A stretch of 64,000 nt of DNA from a virus, in IMG/VR virus record IMGVR_UViG_3300034073_002480, positions 1 to 64,000 of that record; one strand, written 5' to 3'. Within the stretch, counting starts at the first letter, position 1. Every line of letters starts with the position of its first letter. The notes beneath the pieces are model-generated. The model ran no database searches. It saw nothing but the letters and a program-made list of their open reading frames with translations, and was not told the DNA's origin. A program made the position numbers and the translations under genes. Shown here one piece after another: positions 57,865 to 64,000 of the stretch.

Positions 57865-59269
57865 CTATGGTGTTTCATACAACCATCCTTTTTGAATACA
57901 AGCATCTGTATGTACGCCATGATCCATACCACTTACATCTAAACATTCACCATTAATCTCTATAGACAAGTATTTATCACCAAACCAAAATTCAGCTATA
58001 AGTTCATTGTTAAAACCTATATTTAACAAAGGTTCTGTATATAAACCTAATTCTTGCATAACAGCAAACAATCGTCTTACTTTATTCAGTGGAACCATAA
58101 ACCTCTCTTGCGACTACGGACATTAGATCAGCATCAGTTATTGCACACCAATAGTTTAAAATTGAGTCAGGTGTATCATTTTGTTTGTTGATACCCCAAT
58201 CTTCAGTTAAAAGTTTTTGAAATAAATCTAGAATATATTGTTTGTTGCCACTCTCGTAGAGAAGATATAATAAAGCACAACAAAACTCTACATCTAGCAA
58301 ACAGTTATTTTCACCATGAGCATCAGTAACTGCTTCATAGAGATAATTAGTTATAATCTCTAAATACACCATTTCGTCTCTTTTTTGTAACGTAAAGGTT
58401 TACCAACACGAGCATATTCACCTGTACAACGATTTACAGAGTACCATTTCTGGTCTGTCAGTTGAACTTCATATAAAGCAGGTCTGTTAAATACAACAGT
58501 TCTTTTTACAGAACATACTAATAATTGACCATAGATATTAGCACAAATAAAAGCTGAAATCATTTATGTACTCGCAAACAAATAAATAAAATTGGTAGAC
58601 TCAAATCGAACCGTAGAAGAGAAGTAAGAATTTCTGTTCTCAATTTACACTTTAGTAGCCATGCTTGTACAGGTCGAAAAGCTATATCAAGTGTACCCCA
58701 TTCAAACCAAAATTGCCAATAATCATGGTACTCAGGTATACTGTGAAAAGCACCAATCTGTAGCGTCTTGGTTGCATCCGCGTATATTGTGATCTCATTA
58801 TTAGGTTGAAAATCAAAGTATGGCATATTCTATATGTAAAGTAGGTAGAATTATTTCCCAACAATAATGAGCAAACCAAGGTGTACAACTATTCATTGTA
58901 ACTGGTTGTTTTTGTATATCAAATGACCAATGCCAACTCGACAGAGGATAAAAATACAAAGCTATACCTACATGACCACATCTAATGTCTATGATATCAG
59001 GTAACGAAAGAAGTCTTGCTGGTGTAAGCGGTAATAAGTCACGGACTTCTAACAATGGTGAGAATTTAGTTTCCATATTTATGTGCCTCAGCCACTACGG
59101 TATCACCTTCAGTTATATAAAATAGATCATCGGGTAAAACCAAGTCTCTGACCACCAATAACTCTAGCTCTGCGTAGGTGCGTACTTGTTGTGGAAAATG
59201 CAACACCACAGAGTATAGTTCAACAAGTCGTTTGCCTAAAGCAGACAACCATTTCAGTTGTATTTTCAT
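57865..59269 (-). other. Run of six short overlapping hypothetical ORFs (57865-58098, 58082-58372, 58360-58563, 58560-58826, 58813-59076, 59066-59269)
   Basis: Head-to-tail overlapping ORFs on the same strand, typical of phage early regions. Confidence 0.6.
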
Positions 59270-59297
59270 AATAAACCTCTAAAAACAAAAGCAGAAA

Positions 59298-60050
59298 TTA
59301 ACATAATCTTTGTCTCCCTATTTCACAATATTGTAACTCTTTTTCGATACACAACCACCGTCTATTTGTATTTTCACAAGCCACACCTGTTGTACATGAA
59401 CCAGCACAGTTATCTAGAACCAAAGCACCTTCTTGTGTGTACGTTTGTATAAGATAGGCACATAATTCTACAGGTTTTTGTGTTGGGTGTAGTTGATCTT
59501 GTCTGCGCCATTTTTGTTGGAAAAATTGCACAGTCGTAGGATATCTAACACCAGTATTTGTTGTCATAGCTTCTTTTTTATTGAAGCCTAATTTATGGTT
59601 ATTAATATCCGTGTCTGCGACTCTATGTGTTCTTGTGTAAGGGTCACCTTCTGTCATCTGTGGGTAATAAGGTAAACGACCTTCACCAAACACCAGTATG
59701 TTCTCATGTTTATTAACAGGTCTATATTGTGCTGTGAAAGCAGAGCCAGATTTACTTTTATGCCAAATCCATTCATATTTAAACATCTTTATATTAGATG
59801 CAACTAACATAGAAGAAAAAGGTTGTGAGCCAAATAAAACGATAGGGTGATTAGGTTTGATTACTCTTTTATATTGAGTCCACAGTTGCTCAAAAGGTAT
59901 TATAGAATCCCAAGCACATTTTGTAGTCCCATAAGGTAAATCGCACAGGATCAAATATACACTGTGATCAGGAATATCAGACATCAAATGCAAACAATCC
60001 CCATGCCATATTTGCCCTAGTGCCGTAGAAAAGAAAGGTGTTACTGACAT
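59298..60050 (-). CDS. Second DNA N4-C/N6-A methyltransferase (beta class)
   Basis: CDLPYG, HPTQKP, LDNCAGS. Confidence 0.92.
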   Translation of the reverse strand: MSVTPFFSTALGQIWHGDCLHLMSDIPDHSVYLILCDLPYGTTKCAWDSIIPFEQLWTQYKRVIKPNHPIVLFGSQPFSSMLVASNIKMFKYEWIWHKSKSGSAFTAQYRPVNKHENILVFGEGRLPYYPQMTEGDPYTRTHRVADTDINNHKLGFNKKEAMTTNTGVRYPTTVQFFQQKWRRQDQLHPTQKPVELCAYLIQTYTQEGALVLDNCAGSCTTGVACENTNRRWLCIEKELQYCEIGRQRLC

Positions 60051-60213
60051 GTGATTTTTACCCCTTCTATCGGTTCTTCGATTAATTTGATACTACCATT
60101 ATGCAACTGTGTCAACAATGATAACACCCACTCCTCTTGATCTTTGGTTAGTGCAACTTGGTACACAAGATCGTTATCTGCTTGGATAATGATGCCGAGA
60201 GATTTAGTTTTCA

Positions 60214-60876
60214 TTATTCACCTATTTTAGTAAAATATTTTGTCCGACAAGTACCATACTGTGTAACTTTCCAACCTCTCTCTAACAAGAAACTTTCTAT
60301 TTCTTTCGAGGATAATCGCAAAGAAGGTAGTCTTTTTTTAATTTCAGGTATAGAGAATTTTCTAGTAAAAGAGTTAGCAATCTCGATAATAGCTGCATCA
60401 ACACTTATAGAAGCACTGTTTAAATCGGAATTTTCCCAATGATATGCTTTTAAAATAGCATTAGTAATAGTAGAGAATTTAATCTCAATAGCACCAAATA
60501 CAGGTAATAGTTTCTGTGTTAAAACGTTGTAAGCTTCTGTAATTGTTATGCGATCAGATTTACCATCAAAAGTTATTACCCAATTACAACTATCATCATC
60601 TCTTTCTACGTCAAAACCAGATAATACTTGAGGGTTATTTCTAAAGTATAAAGCTAGTTTAGAATCACTAAGTCTAATACCTTTTTCTTGTTGTGCAATA
60701 ATGTGATCCAACTTCATCTGTGCTTCAACTTGAAGTTGGATTAAAACAGGAAGCATTTCAGCAACTATTTTTTCAGTGTTTTCTCTACTACAGGCTGTTG
60801 CCTCAACTAAAACTTGAACTGCTAATTCTGTATCCACTGGCTTTCTGCTTAAAGCAGTTAGTAATTTATCACTCAT
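60214..60876 (-). CDS. Hypothetical protein with a possible C-terminal winged helix
   Basis: SIPEIKKRL...KEIESFLLERGWK. Confidence 0.6.
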   Translation of the reverse strand: MSDKLLTALSRKPVDTELAVQVLVEATACSRENTEKIVAEMLPVLIQLQVEAQMKLDHIIAQQEKGIRLSDSKLALYFRNNPQVLSGFDVERDDDSCNWVITFDGKSDRITITEAYNVLTQKLLPVFGAIEIKFSTITNAILKAYHWENSDLNSASISVDAAIIEIANSFTRKFSIPEIKKRLPSLRLSSKEIESFLLERGWKVTQYGTCRTKYFTKIGE

Positions 60877-61312
60877 CTAGTATACCTTAAAATCTGTATG
60901 ACTTTATTATATCATACTTTTTTAAAATAAAAATCATACAAAAAATAAAAAGTATGTTTTGATATAGCTTCTAGCCTCAAAAGTATGAAATACTTATCAT
61001 AATTAATATATGTATGAGCTTGAAAACGTTGCAGTAAGCCAATATTGAAAAAGTATGATGGCTGGCTTTTATCTATTCTCTCTGAAAAAAACAAACATCC
61101 GTCCGATAGGACATCCTTGCCACAACAAACATAGTCTCATCCTAGTGCATAGTCCTCTAACTCATCATAAAAAGCAAAAGTACGTTCCAAAACTTCTGTA
61201 CCATCAGTACAAACCCAAATCAAATACCACATACCCATAAACCGAAACTGTGTAAGATAGGAAACTGTGTTCATAAATGCAAAGATCATAGAAAGGGAAG
61301 ATGAAGACAACA

Positions 61313-61562
61313 AAGGGATAGCTTTTACACTACCCCTTCATTTTCTAAGCTGCTACCAAGGTGGATTTACGGGCTTTGAAAGATACGATATTGTTCGCAT
61401 TTACTTTTTGCTATCTAGTGATATTGCTCATAAAACTCACACATGAATCTAGTTTTAATTACCAGTCGAGACCCTTATACCCACTTATAAAAGTCCTAAC
61501 ACCTTGGTAGCTAATGTAGGTAGCTGGAGTCGAACCAGCGTGTTGCTAATCTCCCTAGATTC
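61313..61562 (-). ncRNA. ssrA: Circularly permuted (two-piece) tmRNA; tag ANNIVSFKARKSTLVAA at 61398-61345
   Basis: T arm GCTGG-TTCGACT-CCAGC plus TACCTAC-A lies upstream of the 5' acceptor strand GTGGGTA (G3.U70 Ala determinant), then GGTCTCGAC; helix GAATCTAG/CTAGATTC; resume context GTAAAT-GCG. Confidence 0.9.
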
Positions 61563-61575
61563 CTCAATAACACTA

Positions 61576-62220
61576 CTATATTAATTCTTTTTCTATGTTG
61601 GTGTCAATATCATAGAAAAAACAATCGGTGTCGGCAGAAACCCATCTATCACCCATAACTTCAACACTTAGGAAAGAAGTATCAACTTTCCATTTAGATA
61701 GTTTTTGTATATCCTTGTTAGTCACCCAATTACTATCGCGCCACAATAACCTGTTGTTAGGCATCAGATACAGCCGACCATCATCTCCAGCAAGCAAGTG
61801 TCCACACTTATAATCTTGAGGCTCATCACTGTAGCTATTATCGAACCAATCAATAGTGAACATATAAGTTGCTTCGATATACGTCCTGTCTTTAAGTGTG
61901 ATTTGGCACTTATGATACTTCAGAAAATCATAGGTAACAACATGAGCATTTTCACTAAACATATCCCATAGCTGGTGATAGTGGAAAGGTATGTCAGGGG
62001 TAGTGGGTACTTTAGTATAGACTTCAGAAATAGGTACTCTACTTCTCATAGCGCCATTATCGGCAAGCACATGGAACGTCAGTATCTTGCCACTGATGGA
62101 CTGTACAGCAAAGCATATAACTTCATACCAGTTATCTTTGTCCTGTTCATTCTTTGTGAACCAAGATTCACGTACCAAAGCACGAAAATGAGGGATGTTA
62201 AAGTTCATACTAAAATTCAA
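61576..62220 (-). CDS. Conserved hypothetical phage protein
   Basis: 214 aa; QLWDMFS, YMFTIDW, MPNNRLLW. Confidence 0.75.
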   Translation of the reverse strand: MNFSMNFNIPHFRALVRESWFTKNEQDKDNWYEVICFAVQSISGKILTFHVLADNGAMRSRVPISEVYTKVPTTPDIPFHYHQLWDMFSENAHVVTYDFLKYHKCQITLKDRTYIEATYMFTIDWFDNSYSDEPQDYKCGHLLAGDDGRLYLMPNNRLLWRDSNWVTNKDIQKLSKWKVDTSFLSVEVMGDRWVSADTDCFFYDIDTNIEKELI

Positions 62221-62764
62221 AATCTTCTATATCTTGACTCAAACCAACAAAACCATAGTCAGGGAATTTCGCCCGTATTTTATCTATATAACCAACACCA
62301 AAGGCTTCTTGTACCTGTCTAATTGTTTTCTCTTCTACGGTCTTCAGAAATTCTGGTGTAAAATAAGTAGTTTGATTTTTATACCATATACGACAGATAG
62401 ATAAAGAAAAATGTGATAACACAGACTCAATGACAGGTTTACGCATTACCATAACTTGCACTTTTTGACTATCATAATAAAAAGTTAAGATCCACTTCAA
62501 TCTATCACTTTTTATATAATCATCATCGTCAATAAAGTCAGCACTGTGAGCTTGGCTATTATCAATTAAACCTAAGTCGTATAGTCTCCGATGTAATTCT
62601 GATAATGACATACTGCCTATATACATATAGAAGTCAAGATCGGTAGCTTCACGACCAAAATACCAGTCTCTAGGCGCACCACCAGCTAAAATACAGAAGG
62701 GGTCAATAGCTTCTAGTTTTGTCAGGAGAATATTAGCTATAAGTTGTTGTTTTTGGATGTCCAT
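62210..62764 (-). CDS. Minimal class II nucleotidyltransferase (CCA-adding/poly(A) polymerase head domain)
   Basis: LAGGAPRDW.....DLDFY; start placed at MDIQK (62764). Confidence 0.8.
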   Translation of the reverse strand: MDIQKQQLIANILLTKLEAIDPFCILAGGAPRDWYFGREATDLDFYMYIGSMSLSELHRRLYDLGLIDNSQAHSADFIDDDDYIKSDRLKWILTFYYDSQKVQVMVMRKPVIESVLSHFSLSICRIWYKNQTTYFTPEFLKTVEEKTIRQVQEAFGVGYIDKIRAKFPDYGFVGLSQDIEDFEF

Positions 62765-62765
62765 A

Positions 62766-62999
62766 TTAACCTGCATCATATAAACGATTACCAGCAAGAT
62801 CGAGAGATGGTTCAGCATCAGAAGATAGTGTAGAGTCCCATTTGAATTTTGGATGAAAATCACCATCACCATCAGCATATATAGCTACTTCTCTAGAAAT
62901 ACCTGCTCTGCCAAGTTTTTCCATATGTTTAAGCATCGATAGGAAATGTGGAATCCATCGGTTCTCCATTTCGATTTCAATTGTAAATTTAGTTACCAT
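62766..62999 (-). CDS. Hypothetical phage protein
   Basis: 77 aa; YADGDGDFHPKF. Confidence 0.7.
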   Translation of the reverse strand: MVTKFTIEIEMENRWIPHFLSMLKHMEKLGRAGISREVAIYADGDGDFHPKFKWDSTLSSDAEPSLDLAGNRLYDAG

Positions 63000-63008
63000 A
63001 GAAAAGAA

Positions 63009-63038
63009 AAAAGAGGCTAGTTGTTAGCTGCCTCTTTT
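63009..63038 (-). terminator. Intrinsic (possibly bidirectional) terminator after hsp20
   Basis: aaaagaggc...gcctctttt. Confidence 0.65.
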
Positions 63039-63058
63039 ATTGTATGTTGTGTGTTTGA

Positions 63059-63538
63059 TTATGCTAACGATTCGAGATCAGACAAACGTGCGCTGAGTGC
63101 CTGTTTTTTCGTTTGTACAGGGCGTTGCAAGGGAATTTCAACTACAAGTACACCTTGGGAATAATAGAGCTTTAGAGAGCCATCTAAAGCCACTTGTTGT
63201 GAGTACAAAATAAAATCCTGTTGATAAGGTTTAGCAGTCTCTTGTTTACTGTGATCTGGTACAGAATAGTTGCCCAAAGGTTCTTGTGTAGCTTTGATTG
63301 CAATTTTGTGAGCCGATGTTTTGTACTGGGATGTAGTTGGTTCTACAGTGACAGTGATAGAGTCTTTAATCAAACGTGGAATTTCAAAAGCAAGTGTGTA
63401 TCTAGCGCCATCACTGGATACCGAGCCTGTATATGTTAAAGCTTCTGTGAACGGTGCAAAAAATGCATCAAAAACATTAGGGATCGATGATGTGTTTTTG
63501 CGCTTGTCAGTAAAATCGGGGATTGATCCATAAATCAT
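63059..63538 (-). CDS. Small heat shock protein (Hsp20-like)
   Basis: VFDAFF N-terminal arm, YTLAFEIP, YSQGVLVVEIP. Confidence 0.75.
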   Translation of the reverse strand: MIYGSIPDFTDKRKNTSSIPNVFDAFFAPFTEALTYTGSVSSDGARYTLAFEIPRLIKDSITVTVEPTTSQYKTSAHKIAIKATQEPLGNYSVPDHSKQETAKPYQQDFILYSQQVALDGSLKLYYSQGVLVVEIPLQRPVQTKKQALSARLSDLESLA

Positions 63539-63634
63539 AGTTATAATGTTCGTAGTGTTACGTTCATCTTTTATTCTACGGTCTTGGTCTGTAATATGGG
63601 TACGGTTGTTGCGAAATAATTTGTAGTGTTTACT

Positions 63635-63940
63635 CTACAAAGGGCTGTAGTAATCAAAAATACTTTCTGTGATTACACCATCCTCTAACATACGGTCGAG
63701 CAGCAGTTGTTCATAGTTGTCTTTTTGTTTGACTAGATGTTGTGCTTGTTCAATGTAATCCAGTATAATGTCACAAGCTATTCCGACAGACCTTTTATAA
63801 CGTTCAGCATCATTTCTAACGTCACTATAACCAGAGTTAAAAGTAAACTGTAGTTCAAATTCTTGGATAGCTTTTAATCTGCTTATAATAGTGTCAAGAA
63901 AGATGTCCTCTAACTCTCGATCTTTAGTCTTCCTCGTCAC
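63635..63940 (-). CDS. Hypothetical protein
   Basis: 101-aa ORF with a strong AGGAGGAG SD. Confidence 0.7.
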   Translation of the reverse strand: MTRKTKDRELEDIFLDTIISRLKAIQEFELQFTFNSGYSDVRNDAERYKRSVGIACDIILDYIEQAQHLVKQKDNYEQLLLDRMLEDGVITESIFDYYSPL

Positions 63941-64000
63941 AGTACTCCTCCTTATATAATAAGTACAAACGATCCCAGTCTATGTTTACACATATAGGAC

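Larger units (their letters stand above)
191..63581. repeat. Dispersed non-palindromic motif A(A/C)C(A/G)TAGAARRRAA, about 70 copies on both strands
   Basis: Examples: 191 ccatagaaagaaa, 3059 tttttcttctatg, 4568 ccatagaagaaaa, 4751 tttctcttctacgg, 9638, 11262, 22152, 30586, 35655, 39470, 42179, 46416, 53692, 57195, 59806, 62996. Confidence 0.9.

Noticed and set aside
1-64000. CRISPR array (some cyanophages carry mini-arrays)
   Set aside because: No 25-40 bp direct repeats with regular unique spacers were seen; the dispersed motif is too short and irregularly spaced.
1-64000. Stop-codon reassignment
   Set aside because: Genes are full length in the standard code, TAA/TAG/TGA all end ORFs, and no suppressor tRNA was found.

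Overview
This window is about 64 kb of a low-GC tailed dsDNA phage genome. It is very likely a cyanophage, judged from its tmRNA tag ANNIVSFKARKSTLVAA, and probably long-tailed and non-contractile (2163-aa tape measure, no recognisable sheath). Left to right it holds: an A-tract/repeat region; the packaging genes terS and terL; a head module (MuF/gp7-like protein, prohead protease, scaffold, decoration protein, major capsid) interspersed with about a dozen Lys-rich accessory proteins; head-tail and tail genes; a portal displaced to the far end of the tail module; and a leftward block with 3 tRNAs, WYL, RuvC, a phosphatase, dNMP kinase, DNA ligase, two DNA methyltransferases, a nucleotidyltransferase and Hsp20. 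Four free-standing homing endonucleases sit next to conserved genes. Three signals stand out. (1) A shared A-x-F leader/linker motif in the scaffold, protease and about 12 accessory (poly)proteins suggests a protease-processed capsid-cargo system that includes three lipase-like modules. (2) There is a circularly permuted two-piece tmRNA whose intervening segment is antisense to its own tag frame. (3) A non-palindromic ~13-bp motif, A(A/C)C(A/G)TAGAARRRAA, is dispersed about 70 times (by-eye count) on both strands. All functional calls come from motif recognition by eye; no database searches were run.
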